Notes: a model not told the origin generated them from the letters alone. 64,000 nucleotides of DNA from Calditrichia bacterium (GCA_963796965.1 CAWCNS010000016.1:256001-320000), one strand, 5' to 3'. Positions 22,913-33,651 are shown, numbered from the stretch's first letter. Translations and numbers: made by a program.

Positions 22913-23617
22913 TTAAAAGTGGATAACCATGGTTATTCCGGGACCTGAAGTCGTCATGTCATAGATGAAGAGGTTGTCTCCACTTCCGGTTTTATATTTG
23001 GCATACCAAATTCTGTAGGCAGCCATAAACGTAATATTGGACAAGCGATAACCAATGCCACTGGCGATGTTCCATTGAAAATCAGAGCCAATCCCGAATC
23101 CGCCCACATCGGCTCGGAATGTAAACATAAGATATTTAGTCAAATCCATTGTAAATCGACCCCCAATAATGGGATCAACCCAACTTTTCTCATCTTTTCC
23201 CAAACTCTCCGTATCCTCTCTAAATTCAACCTCTGATTTAAAATAGCGACCGCCACCTATTATTTCCAGGTTCTCGGATAGTCGAATAGCCAGACTCACC
23301 TCACCAAGGCTAAGTTCGGTATAGGTCGGATTTTTTATTAAATCCACATAAAGCCAATCGAAAATTAGAGCCCAATTTCTCTTCTTTAACTCAACATGAC
23401 CGCTTAAACCTAAATTGGAATATTTAAAAAAATCATCGTATGTGAAATTGACGTGACGGGTGTTTCCGTTAACCGTCAAATCTCCGTTAAGGGTGGTCAG
23501 CCAGACATAGGGCGCAAACTCTAATCGTAATCTATCATTATATCCATACTGCGCATTTGCAGTCGTGGCCAAGAACAGGACTATTGCAAGAACACCATAT
23601 AGTGTATTTTTTTTCAT
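22913..23617 (-). CDS. Outer-membrane beta-barrel protein
   Basis: Signal peptide; APYVW, WVDPIIGGR, ADVGGFGIGSD; C-terminal Phe. Confidence 0.75.
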   Translation of the reverse strand: MKKNTLYGVLAIVLFLATTANAQYGYNDRLRLEFAPYVWLTTLNGDLTVNGNTRHVNFTYDDFFKYSNLGLSGHVELKKRNWALIFDWLYVDLIKNPTYTELSLGEVSLAIRLSENLEIIGGGRYFKSEVEFREDTESLGKDEKSWVDPIIGGRFTMDLTKYLMFTFRADVGGFGIGSDFQWNIASGIGYRLSNITFMAAYRIWYAKYKTGSGDNLFIYDMTTSGPGITMVIHF

Positions 23618-23843
23618 TATTACTCCGGTAATGAAAAGAGGTAGTGTTAAAAGTTTGACACTTCACGAGAAGATGCACATAAAGTGACTTTTTTTATCAT
23701 TAAAAAACTATAACAATTTTTTTCAATTTCTTAATCCATTGTTTTTACGCTGATATGGGTAAAACAGATCCCAATTTAATAAATTAAATGTTTTCGTTCT
23801 CTGTTTAACTTTGCATATACCTATTGAAGAGGTAAGTGGGGAT

Positions 23844-24755
23844 TTATTTGGTTTCCGTCGCCTGCTGGCGATATATGATTTGTAAAAAGACAATTGTAAC
23901 GGTCATTAGCATTGTTGCTATCAATGAGCCCTCAAAACCAAATTCCCCACCCGTCCATAAATCACTGCCACTTAAATCCTGAATAATAACCCCTTTTACA
24001 TCTACGCCACTGACCTCAAATCCAAATACAGGACCCTGAAAGAAATTCCATGAAAAATGAAGAGCGATTGGCAGCCAAAGATTACGAATATGAATATAAT
24101 AGACACCTAAAAGAATACCTGCAAGCAAGATATTTATAAATGATAAAAAGGTAACATGAGCATTGGCTAAATGCATTATTGCGAAAAGTAGAGAAGAGAT
24201 GAAAAGGGCCAAATATTGATTCATGGAATCCATCATATTGCTTAGAAAATAACCACGAATCATAATTTCTTCATTCAATGAGCCAATGATAAAAAATATC
24301 AGATATCCAAAAAGAAGGTATCCATCGAAAGAATATTCTTTTACTGTAATGATATCTGAAACAGCCAATATACTGAAACCCAGGCTAATCAATGTAAAGC
24401 CCAGAATTAATCCCACCGTCGCATCTCTTTGATATCCTCTGAACTTAAATCCCAATGATATGAAAGACTTTTTATCAATAAATCGCCTAAAAAGTAACGC
24501 GGTTGACAACATCCCCAAAAATCCAAATATGGAAATTACGATATTCGCAGGAAGTCCCAGATCCTTGATTAAATCCCGGGCGTTTGTGGCAAGAGATGAT
24601 AAATCCATGCCGTTGGCGAGGGCAATGATGGAAATGCCTACTGAGCTGAAAATCACTGTTAATATCAGCGACGCAAGGAGAAACAGGGTGGCGCGTAGCC
24701 AGCCATACTTGATAAGAGGAGCGGGCTCGACTTTTTGTGTATTCTCATTAATCAT
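23844..24755 (-). CDS. CPBP/Abi-family intramembrane glutamic endopeptidase
   Basis: EEIMIRGY, FAIMH, LHFSWN, GGEFGFEGS. Confidence 0.9.
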   Translation of the reverse strand: MINENTQKVEPAPLIKYGWLRATLFLLASLILTVIFSSVGISIIALANGMDLSSLATNARDLIKDLGLPANIVISIFGFLGMLSTALLFRRFIDKKSFISLGFKFRGYQRDATVGLILGFTLISLGFSILAVSDIITVKEYSFDGYLLFGYLIFFIIGSLNEEIMIRGYFLSNMMDSMNQYLALFISSLLFAIMHLANAHVTFLSFINILLAGILLGVYYIHIRNLWLPIALHFSWNFFQGPVFGFEVSGVDVKGVIIQDLSGSDLWTGGEFGFEGSLIATMLMTVTIVFLQIIYRQQATETK

Positions 24756-24790
24756 ATTTCAATCCTCATATTTATTATAAGCCTTGATTT

Positions 24791-25300
24791 TTAAGGGCTG
24801 GCATATCGTATACTAAAGGGTCTGGCCATAGTGTCGAGATACTTAATTTGCAAATTCACTAACTGACGTATGTGCAGATAATCATGTGCTGTCCATGCTG
24901 CAAGGAGATCACCGGCTGCTAATGTACCGATTGTCGGATGATTGTAACTCTGTTCCAGTTTAGAAAAAGATAGTAGTCCAAGCCATTCTATTGATTTATT
25001 GCGTTCTAATCTGAATTTTTCTAAGGATTTTTGAAAGTCTTTTTGATTATAGTTGTGGAGAGAAACCCAGCCCACGGGATCGATACCCGGCCATTCTTGC
25101 TCGGGATGATGCAATGTCAAATCAAGACGTTTTCTGAAATCATTACATTCTTCGTCGTATAAATGATTGATGACTTCCAGAACTGACCATTTTGACGGTT
25201 CTGGTTTCCAACGGGCTTGTTCATCAGATATATCACTGACCATCGCCTCGATCTTTGTGATACCTATTTTAATACTTTGAATAAAGAAATTTATATCCAT
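24791..25300 (-). CDS. DinB family protein
   Basis: WSVLEVINHLYDEE...AHDYLHIRQL. Confidence 0.85.
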   Translation of the reverse strand: MDINFFIQSIKIGITKIEAMVSDISDEQARWKPEPSKWSVLEVINHLYDEECNDFRKRLDLTLHHPEQEWPGIDPVGWVSLHNYNQKDFQKSLEKFRLERNKSIEWLGLLSFSKLEQSYNHPTIGTLAAGDLLAAWTAHDYLHIRQLVNLQIKYLDTMARPFSIRYASP

Positions 25301-25321
25301 GAGTTTTCTCTGTAAAATCGA

Positions 25322-26770
25322 CTATCTTGGCTTAAAATCCAAATGATTATTTACAGGATTTTGATGGCTGGTATCTAACGATTTAATCCAGTCAATGAGA
25401 GGTTGCCGGTAGTTTATTCCTGTATCATAGGGATTTTTATCATAAAGGTTAAATTTTTCGTTGGGATGTGTATACATAAAATCGTTAATCAAAACAGAAT
25501 AACTGGAATCTGCCTCAAGTGGACGTCCGTCCTTAAGTCGATACCCTCCAAGTGATGTTAGTCCTGCCATTGCAATCGAAGGGGAGAGGCTCTCTTTTAT
25601 TTCTCTGCCAGTCAGATTCAACTCTAGTATATTATTTTTAAAAGGCAGTACCCCTAATATTGTTTCAATGGTAATTTCTCCCGCGGGGATATCCTGACGT
25701 ATTCCACCTGTATTTGTTAAAGCAATATCCGCACGCGGATAAGTAGAAAGCCATGAATCGGTAATCATGTTTTCCATCTCTATAGAACTTTCAGGTATCA
25801 GAGAACTTGTATATCCGATCACTTCTGTCAATGCAAGATCGAGATCTGCACGCCAATCCGAAATGATACCGGATATCCTAGCATCTTGCACCCCACCATC
25901 ATTGGAATGCAAACTTGCCACAATCTGAGTAACGGTATCGGCAGCATCATCAAACAGAATTTCTACCTTTACATAATTTTTCCAATTTGATCCGCTCTGC
26001 ATAAGGAGTACATCGTTTGCCATATCTTCATATAATTCATGGCAATGGCCACCCCCAATCACAGAGATTCCCAACTTTGAGGCAAGAGGGGCTAACTCAA
26101 GCATTGTTTCATGACAGATATGACCAATTACAACTATTAATTCTGCACCATCGGATTTGGCTATGGGAACAACCTCAGTAAGAGTTTCCGTATAATTAGC
26201 AAATTCAAAATCTGATACATTTTCTAATTTCGTCATCATGGGTGTTTGAATCAAAGCCAGCCCGATGATTCCAACCGTAACTTCTCCGATCTCTGTGAGC
26301 AGATAGGGTTCCACAAAATCAGGTTGTTGGCCATTATTTTTATATTTTAGATTAGCTGCAAGAATGGGAAAGTTCATTTCTGAGATGCGTTCGTTAAGGT
26401 TATTTACCCCAAAATCAAACTCATGGTTGCCAAGAGCGGCTGCGTCATAGCCCATCGCATTCATGACGTGAACCATTGATTCTCCTTGAGTGAGAGTCGA
26501 GAGAGCCGGCCCTGTCCACATATCACCACCGCTAAGTATCAAACAGGGTGTGTTCGGCCCACATCCCTCATTCTCCCTCCAGGTGTTCATTAACGCTGCG
26601 GCACCGCCATGCTCTGCGGAACCTTCCATCCAACCGTGCTCATCGTTGGTATAAAGTATTACAATTCGCTCTTCTTCTATGCGATCCTGATCAGATTTAA
26701 TTAGTTGATTTGATTGGCAGGAAAATAATAACAGAAATAGTAGGAGCATGTAACGTCTGACGTTCATCAA
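25322..26770 (-). CDS. Bifunctional metallophosphatase/5'-nucleotidase lipoprotein
   Basis: Lipobox LLFSC; TNDEHG, GGD, GNHEFD, GGHCH, NTGGIR, LPFKN. Confidence 0.9.
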   Translation of the reverse strand: MMNVRRYMLLLFLLLFSCQSNQLIKSDQDRIEEERIVILYTNDEHGWMEGSAEHGGAAALMNTWRENEGCGPNTPCLILSGGDMWTGPALSTLTQGESMVHVMNAMGYDAAALGNHEFDFGVNNLNERISEMNFPILAANLKYKNNGQQPDFVEPYLLTEIGEVTVGIIGLALIQTPMMTKLENVSDFEFANYTETLTEVVPIAKSDGAELIVVIGHICHETMLELAPLASKLGISVIGGGHCHELYEDMANDVLLMQSGSNWKNYVKVEILFDDAADTVTQIVASLHSNDGGVQDARISGIISDWRADLDLALTEVIGYTSSLIPESSIEMENMITDSWLSTYPRADIALTNTGGIRQDIPAGEITIETILGVLPFKNNILELNLTGREIKESLSPSIAMAGLTSLGGYRLKDGRPLEADSSYSVLINDFMYTHPNEKFNLYDKNPYDTGINYRQPLIDWIKSLDTSHQNPVNNHLDFKPR

Positions 26771-26805
26771 ATCATCCTATTTTAAGTTCACATTCATTAA
26801 TAATG

Positions 26806-26962
26806 CTCACGCAAAGACGCCAAGCCGCAAAGAAAACAAAGAAAAAAGACAAAAGAATTTAAGCAATAATAATACAATTTTGTTTCACAAAATAACTTTC
26901 GCCAGTAAGTATTTATCTCTTTTCTTATGGATATTTTTTTAGCGGCTTGGCGTCTTTGCGAG
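26806..26962. repeat. MITE-like element with 19-bp perfect inverted repeats and an AT-rich non-coding interior
   Basis: CGCAAAGACGCCAAGCCGC (26810-26828) and GCGGCTTGGCGTCTTTGCG (26942-26960). Confidence 0.8.
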
Positions 26963-26993
26963 AAATATATATATATATTCAATTTATAGATCT

Positions 26994-29825
26994 TTATTTA
27001 TTGCCTAAATTACTATCTTCAGGGTAAAGAACGACTTGCACAAAATTTTCAGTATTCAAATATTTTCGAGCTACTTTCTGCACTTTATCCACCGTCAGAG
27101 CATTTACAAGTGTTAGATAATTTAAAATATCCTCAGGCGGGTCATTATGATAATACTTATATTCAAGGTTGGACATCCAGAAATTGTTCTTTTTCAGATT
27201 CGTTTCATATTCACGGATTTGAATTTCCTTGACTTTTTTTAAGTATTCTTCATCCAAACCATAATTTTTTAAACTATCAATTTGTGTAAATATTTCTGTA
27301 GTCAACTCATCAACCCTATCCGGATCAGAGCCGAATCGAAAATCGATACGGTATCTACACACAGGATGATGTGTAAAACTTCCACTTGCATTAATTGAAT
27401 AGGTTCCCCCCAAATCCTCCCGCAGACGCTCTCTTAGTTTAATTCTTAGCATATGCAACATGCTGCTAATAGCATATCTGTCACCCCGGTTCCATACAAA
27501 AGGCCCTGAAATTACAATCGATGTCTGGCTTTTAGGCTCCTTACCTTTGTACACATTCTTTTTAATTACACCTTCAGGATATCGAAATGTTTTATCCTGC
27601 CATGTTTCGTTTCGATTAGCAGGTTTTAATCCTCCCAGATAGGTTTCCACTAATGGTTTTATACTGTCAGGGGTAAAGTTACCTACAAATAAAAACGTAA
27701 AATCGGACGCATCAGCGAACCTATCCCGGTAGATTTCCATCGATTTTTTGAAATCCATATTGTCTAATGACTGAACGGACCATGGTTTGTATCGGGTGTG
27801 ATACTGGGTTAGCGTGGCTGTTAACGTGTCGTAATAGGCCGCATCAGGGCTGGCATTTCGGTTTTCATAGACCCCCTTAAGTCTTTCCTTGAATGATATA
27901 AAGGCTGTAGAATCTTCACGGGGTTTAGTAAAATAAAGGTAAATGTGCTGAAATAATGTTTCCAAATCTTTGGGTGAAGCGAATCCGCTGAAACCTTCAC
28001 TTAACTCTCCTATATAAGGAGAAACTCTGACAATTTTTCCTGACATATATTTCTTGAGTTGGTTACGATCAAAATCACCAAGACCGCTCTCCAAGAGGAT
28101 ACCAATCGCTGATTCGGCGGCAATAAGATTTGAGTCCGGTACTAAGGAAGATCCTCCCGGACTGAATGCGGACATACGTATTTCATCATTTTTGAAATCT
28201 GTTGGCTTTAGTATGATACGAATTCCATTCTGAAGGGTCCATTCTGTTACATCAAGTTCGGATTTATGTAGAGAGGACACAACCGATCCAGGTGTTGGCA
28301 ATGATTCAACCAGAGGCTGGTCAAGGGTGTTATCAGTATAGGCTTCAATAGACTTTGTTTTTACAAATGCCATTATGTCTGATAATCCTTTTTCATTGGG
28401 TAAATCAATATCTGCCTTTTCGGGTACATCGACCATAATCACCCGACTTTCTTCACCCATCCATTTATCGGCTAAAATATTTACATCTGATAGAGAGATA
28501 TCAGGCATAAAGCGTTTTTCCAATTCATATTGAAAAGCAATGGAGGGTAGGGGGTTGTTGTAGAGAAAATTACTCAAACACTGTGAGGCAAAACTGCTCG
28601 ACTCAGTTTTATCCCTCTCCTTATATTGTCTTTCCCGGAACCTTAACAGGGCCACTTTTTGACGGTCTAATTCTGTTTGGGTAAATCCGAATTTCCGCAC
28701 ACGCCTCGCCTCGGTCAATAAGGCATCGAGACCTTGATTGATACCATTGTCCTTGACTATCGCACTAATTGTATAAAAATTTTTACTTCGAATCATTTGT
28801 CCTTCCCGTGAGACTGCATAAATAAAGGGGGGATTCTTAATGCGGGTGAGTTCCGATAATCGTTCATTCAGCATCCGGTTGTAGAGACGTTCAATCATAT
28901 GCTCCCGAAAAGCAGTGGCCGTTTGAGTGTTCTCAAGAGGTAATTTATTGTAGATACTGACACGTGAGTAAGTGGCTTCAGAATCGGAGGCAATGGCAAA
29001 TAATGTTTCCTGATGATCTGGTACCGGGAATAATTTTCTCTCCGGAGCTTCAGGAAGAGTTGGGATATGTTGAAAATTTTTAATGATAAGATCTTTTATT
29101 TTATCTGGCTCAAAGTCTCCGACAGCAATTATTGCCATGAGGTCAGGACGGTACCAATCTTTGTAAAACCGATGCAAAGATTGATGGTGAAAGGTATCCA
29201 ATACCGCCTTTTTACCGATGGGCAGGCGATCTGCATATCTGGAATCTTTTAAAAGTATGGGAAATTGTTTGTCACGCAAACGTGAGCCGGCTCCTCTTCC
29301 AAGTCGCCACTCCTCAATCACCACACCGCGCTCTTTCTCAACTTCCTCTTTCTTCATGGATATGTTGTGGGCCCAGTCACTCAGAATCAGGAAAGCCTTT
29401 TCCATAACTTCCAGGCTATCTGTGGGGATTTGCAACATATAAACGGTCTCATCAAAACTGGTATAGGCGTTTATGTCTGGTCCAAAGCGCATTCCGATGG
29501 ACTCTAAATAATCAACCAGATCCTGCCGGGCAAAATTCTTGGTGCCATTAAAAGCCATATGTTCAAGAAAGTGAGCGAGACCTTGCTGGGTTTCATCTTC
29601 TAATATTGAACCGGCATTGATAATCAGTCGTAGTTCTGCCCTTTTCTCCGGTTTATGATTGGTTCGGATATAATAGGTTAGGCCATTGTCAAATTTACCA
29701 TATGTGACAGCCCGATCCATTGGCATATTTTCATCTAAACCAATAGTTTTTGCCAGTTGTTCGTCTGTAGAAACTGCGAAAGAGAGCGGGATATATAGCA
29801 AACTTAAAAGAATAATTATTTTCAT
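26994..29825 (-). CDS. M16 family zinc protease (PqqL-like insulinase)
   Basis: GLAHFLEHMAFNGT, NAYTSFDETVY, ERGVVIEEWR; duplicated M16 halves; signal peptide. Confidence 0.93.
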   Translation of the reverse strand: MKIIILLSLLYIPLSFAVSTDEQLAKTIGLDENMPMDRAVTYGKFDNGLTYYIRTNHKPEKRAELRLIINAGSILEDETQQGLAHFLEHMAFNGTKNFARQDLVDYLESIGMRFGPDINAYTSFDETVYMLQIPTDSLEVMEKAFLILSDWAHNISMKKEEVEKERGVVIEEWRLGRGAGSRLRDKQFPILLKDSRYADRLPIGKKAVLDTFHHQSLHRFYKDWYRPDLMAIIAVGDFEPDKIKDLIIKNFQHIPTLPEAPERKLFPVPDHQETLFAIASDSEATYSRVSIYNKLPLENTQTATAFREHMIERLYNRMLNERLSELTRIKNPPFIYAVSREGQMIRSKNFYTISAIVKDNGINQGLDALLTEARRVRKFGFTQTELDRQKVALLRFRERQYKERDKTESSSFASQCLSNFLYNNPLPSIAFQYELEKRFMPDISLSDVNILADKWMGEESRVIMVDVPEKADIDLPNEKGLSDIMAFVKTKSIEAYTDNTLDQPLVESLPTPGSVVSSLHKSELDVTEWTLQNGIRIILKPTDFKNDEIRMSAFSPGGSSLVPDSNLIAAESAIGILLESGLGDFDRNQLKKYMSGKIVRVSPYIGELSEGFSGFASPKDLETLFQHIYLYFTKPREDSTAFISFKERLKGVYENRNASPDAAYYDTLTATLTQYHTRYKPWSVQSLDNMDFKKSMEIYRDRFADASDFTFLFVGNFTPDSIKPLVETYLGGLKPANRNETWQDKTFRYPEGVIKKNVYKGKEPKSQTSIVISGPFVWNRGDRYAISSMLHMLRIKLRERLREDLGGTYSINASGSFTHHPVCRYRIDFRFGSDPDRVDELTTEIFTQIDSLKNYGLDEEYLKKVKEIQIREYETNLKKNNFWMSNLEYKYYHNDPPEDILNYLTLVNALTVDKVQKVARKYLNTENFVQVVLYPEDSNLGNK

Positions 29826-30314
29826 AATAAGTCCTTAAAAAAATTAAACAACTGCAATCACTTCTCCGCCCTTATTATAAAGAGGATGGAAATTGCTGTT
29901 TAATGGTATGTATCTCTGGACGCTTTTTTAGTGTTAAAAGTTGCGTTCAATTTAATGATACTTACGTTAATATAGTATCAGAAGATTCCAGGAAAAAAGA
30001 TTTTCACAGGATTAACAGGATATAGGATTTATAATTTTGGATTTCGGATTGTAGATTACAGTAAAATAATGCCAAAATCCACATTCTAAAATTCCAATTT
30101 AAAGATGTCATGTCATCCTATATAAGTCATGAAAAGTTATGATGACAGGCCGTTTATCTATCTTTCAAGCAGATTACGGGTATAAAATGCCTGATTGAAC
30201 AAATTAAATATTTGTACGTAAGAACTAATGTTGAATTTTGTTAAAAATTGGTTATTTATAACTAAATATTTTAAATTAAAATTTGAATTAAATATTGCAT
30301 TCACAGGAGGAACT

Positions 30315-31476
30315 ATGCACAAATTTTTTAATTTATTTATAGTTTTGGTCTTTGGTGTAATGAGTGTATATGCAGGAACCGCTACGACACTTGAAGAAGC
30401 CAAAGCCATGTCAGCAAAAACGGGGAAGCCGATCCTCATGGATTTTATGACGGAATGGTGAGGTGGTTGTAAGGAATTTGCCCGTGCGGCAAAATCAGAT
30501 GAAGAAGTACAAAAGAAGTTAGATTCTGTCATCCTTTTTCAGATTGACTGTGAAAAGGGTGAAGGAATAGAATTAAAAAAATCTTATAATATCAAGGGCT
30601 ATCCAACCTTTATTTTGGCCAGTAAAGATGCGGAAACCTACCACCGCTGGTGGGGTTATACAAAAGAAATGCTATCTACAGAAATTGATGCTGGTTTTGC
30701 TGATTTGACAACTATTAAGGAAAAAGAAGAGCGTTATACTAAAAAACCCGATGGTAGAACAGCGAAATCATTAGCCACTTATTATCAGACCCAGGGTGAA
30801 ATTCAGAAAGCAGTAGAATTATACAATGATGCGTCAAAATATGATCCTGAAAATGATTATCTCTCTGAGGTGTTTAGTTTATATGCTTCCGGATATCGTC
30901 GCAAGGCTTATTCACTGGATGAAGTAATGGTTATAGCTGATAAGGCGCTTATGTCGTCAGATGATGACGAACTTAAACTACAAGTTTATGCACAAATGTC
31001 CTCATATGTGAAAAATAGTCCAGAAAATGAAAAACTGTTAGCCTATGCCGATGATGGACATGAATTCATTCAGAAGAAACAGGATAATGTTCCCAAATGG
31101 GCAAAAAATGCGATTGAGTTAAATTATACCTTGTTTGTCATAAAAGATACCGATGAAGCGATTAAAATAAAAAAGAGTACGTTAAAAGAAGGCTGGGAAA
31201 ATGATCCTAATGCCATTAATAGCTTTAGCTGGTGGTGTTTTGAAAATAAAATCAACTTAAAAGAAGCGAAAGAACTCGGTCGACGGGCGGTGAAGCTTGC
31301 GCCAGCGGGACGGGAAAAAGCTGATGATTCTTGATACAGTCGCGGAAATTGTAAATCTTCAGGGAAGTCCAAAAGAAGCAGTTACTCTTATGGAACAGGC
31401 AATTAAAGAGGATCCTAAGACTGAAAGCTGGAAAAAGCAGTTGGAACGGTTTAAGAAGGAATTAAACAAGACTTAA
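30315..31476 (+). CDS. Exported thioredoxin-fold/TPR-like protein with in-frame TGA (candidate selenocysteine, W-U-G-G-C); one apparent frameshift near 31322
   Basis: AGGAGG RBS and ATG 30315; signal peptide; KPILMDFMTEW-TGA(30459-30461)-GGCK stays in frame through IDCEKGEG..YNIKGYPTF into ORF 30615-31334; the C-terminus ILDTVAEI...ELNKT* is in a shifted frame. Confidence 0.85.
30474..30496 (+). promoter_or_regulatory. Putative bacterial SECIS hairpin
   Basis: GAATTTGCC-CGTGC-GGCAAAATC; the loop begins 21 nt after the TGA with G as the second loop base. Confidence 0.65.
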
Positions 31477-31635
31477 TTAATTGGCCGAACTAATAATTAA
31501 TTTATTTCACGCAAAGACACTGAGATTTTAAGAATTAAGACAAAAGAAAAAAGAAAATATTTACAGTTAACCATATGCTTGTAAAGTGTTTTTCTTAATT
31601 CTTTTGTCTTTTTTCTTTTTTCTTATTCACGATAC

Positions 31636-33651
31636 CTACCAGATTTTTACCCGCTCCTCATCTGATCTGTAAAGTTTGTCATTTTCCGATAATTCATATG
31701 CAGTATAAAATTCAGGCATATTGGAAACAATACCCATGACCCTGTATTCACTGGGAGAATGGGGATCGGTAAGAAGTCTCTGACGTAATTCTTCATCCCT
31801 GTATTTGCGGCGCCATACCTGAGCCCATCCGGCAAAAAATCTTTGATCACCGGTCATGCCGTCAATAACGGGAGCCTCTTTTCCGCCTAAGGCCATTTTA
31901 TAGGCATGATATGAGATAGTTAGTCCCCCCAGATCGGCAATATTCTCACCAAGTGTCAGGTTGCCATTTACATGCATGGTATCTACCGGAGAGAATTGGT
32001 TGTACTGGTCTACCATAATATCAGCTCGGGTCTTAAAATTTTCTCCATCGGCTTCTGTCCACCAATCCCGTAAATTTCCATCTCCGTCTGATTTTCGTCC
32101 TTGATCGTCAAAGCCATGGGTCAACTCATGTCCGATAACGGCCCCTATCCCACCATAATTAACAGCATCGTCTGCATCCATATTAAAAAAGGGTGGTTGT
32201 AAGATTGCTGCTGGAAAAACAACTTCATTCATTGGAGGATTATAGTAGGCGTTCACTGTTTGAGGGGTCATAAACCATTCGTCCCGGTCAATTGGTTTAC
32301 CAAGTTTATCGTTTTCACGGGCATATTCCATCATTCTGGAACGGCGATAATTACCCAGGAGATCATCCTTGCTTATCGATAATTTTGAATAATCTTTCCA
32401 TTTATCAGGATAGCCGATCTTTGCGACAAATTTGGAAAGTTTCTTTTGTGCCTCTACTTTTGTTTCAGGGCTCATCCAGTCTAGTTGATCAATACGCTTG
32501 GAATAGGATTTGCGAAGATTCTCAACAAGCTGAACCATTCTTTTCTTGGCTTCAGGTTTGAAATGTTTTTTTACATAAACCTTTCCCACAACTTCACCCA
32601 GGATACCATCAATGGCACCGACGGCACGTTTCCAGCGGGGCTGATTTTCTTCAATTCCACTGAGGGTGCGGCTATAAAAATCAAAGTCCAGCTCAACAAA
32701 GTCTTTACTTAATAATTCAGCACTACCGGTGAGTAATTTATAAGTAAAATAATTTTTCCAATCCTGTACTGAATACTTCTTGTAAACCTTATTAAACTGT
32801 TGAAAGTAACCGGGTTGCCGAATGATCATATCCTCAACATCGGAAATATCGGCTTCTTTTATATAATCAGACCATTTGAATGCGGGAGTTAATTTGTCCA
32901 GCTTTTTAATACTGTATTTATTATAAGTTTTATTACGATCACGGTTTTGTACTCTTGTCCAATGTCCTTTTGCCAGATTCGTTTCTATCTCAAAAATCGT
33001 TTTCGCTTTTTTGTCGGCATTTTCTATGCCTCCCATTGATAATAATTCTGTTACATATGTGACATATTTTTTACGAATATCTCGAAATTTTTCATCATCC
33101 CGAAAATAATAATCGCGGTCTGGTAATCCTAATCCACCCTGGTTGAGATAACCAATATATTGATCGGATTGTTTCAAATCCTGATTGATCCAATATCCAA
33201 AGGGAATCTGAATATTGATTTTTTTAAAATAGGCGATTAGTTTCAGTAGATCTTCGCGATTATTAACCTTACTGATCATGGCCAACTCGCTTTTGAGGGG
33301 TGTCAGTCTTAATTCTTCGACCAGATTTGAATCCATATAGCTCAGGTAGAAATCTCCAACTTTTTGTTCATCCGACCCTTCTTTTTTATCTTTATGCGCT
33401 GCAGATTCCTCAATGATAATGCGGAGATCAATCTGAGACTGATCGTAAAGCGCTGTAAAAGCCCCATAGTTAGATTTGTCTGCCGGAATCTCGGTTCTCT
33501 CGAGCCATTTCCCGTTGATATACTGATAGTAGTTATCCTTAGGATTGGCAGATTTGTCGAAGCCAGATATATCGATCCCTGATTCCGGTCCCTTAGAGCA
33601 ACCGATTAATAATCCGAAGACGAGTAATAAACTTAATAAAATGCGAATCAT
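31636..33651 (-). CDS. M13 family metalloendopeptidase lipoprotein (PepO/neprilysin-like)
   Basis: Lipobox LLIGC; VNAYY, HELTHGFDDQG, GENIADLGG, DPHSP. Confidence 0.95.
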   Translation of the reverse strand: MIRILLSLLLVFGLLIGCSKGPESGIDISGFDKSANPKDNYYQYINGKWLERTEIPADKSNYGAFTALYDQSQIDLRIIIEESAAHKDKKEGSDEQKVGDFYLSYMDSNLVEELRLTPLKSELAMISKVNNREDLLKLIAYFKKINIQIPFGYWINQDLKQSDQYIGYLNQGGLGLPDRDYYFRDDEKFRDIRKKYVTYVTELLSMGGIENADKKAKTIFEIETNLAKGHWTRVQNRDRNKTYNKYSIKKLDKLTPAFKWSDYIKEADISDVEDMIIRQPGYFQQFNKVYKKYSVQDWKNYFTYKLLTGSAELLSKDFVELDFDFYSRTLSGIEENQPRWKRAVGAIDGILGEVVGKVYVKKHFKPEAKKRMVQLVENLRKSYSKRIDQLDWMSPETKVEAQKKLSKFVAKIGYPDKWKDYSKLSISKDDLLGNYRRSRMMEYARENDKLGKPIDRDEWFMTPQTVNAYYNPPMNEVVFPAAILQPPFFNMDADDAVNYGGIGAVIGHELTHGFDDQGRKSDGDGNLRDWWTEADGENFKTRADIMVDQYNQFSPVDTMHVNGNLTLGENIADLGGLTISYHAYKMALGGKEAPVIDGMTGDQRFFAGWAQVWRRKYRDEELRQRLLTDPHSPSEYRVMGIVSNMPEFYTAYELSENDKLYRSDEERVKIW

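Noticed and set aside
26797..26982. 61-aa minus-strand ORF
   Set aside because: It is a translation of the inverted-repeat element with no protein-like features.
31332..31334. Second TGA in the thioredoxin-TPR gene as Sec
   Set aside because: The TPR-like continuation (ILDTVAEI...) is in a different frame, so an indel near 31322 explains it.
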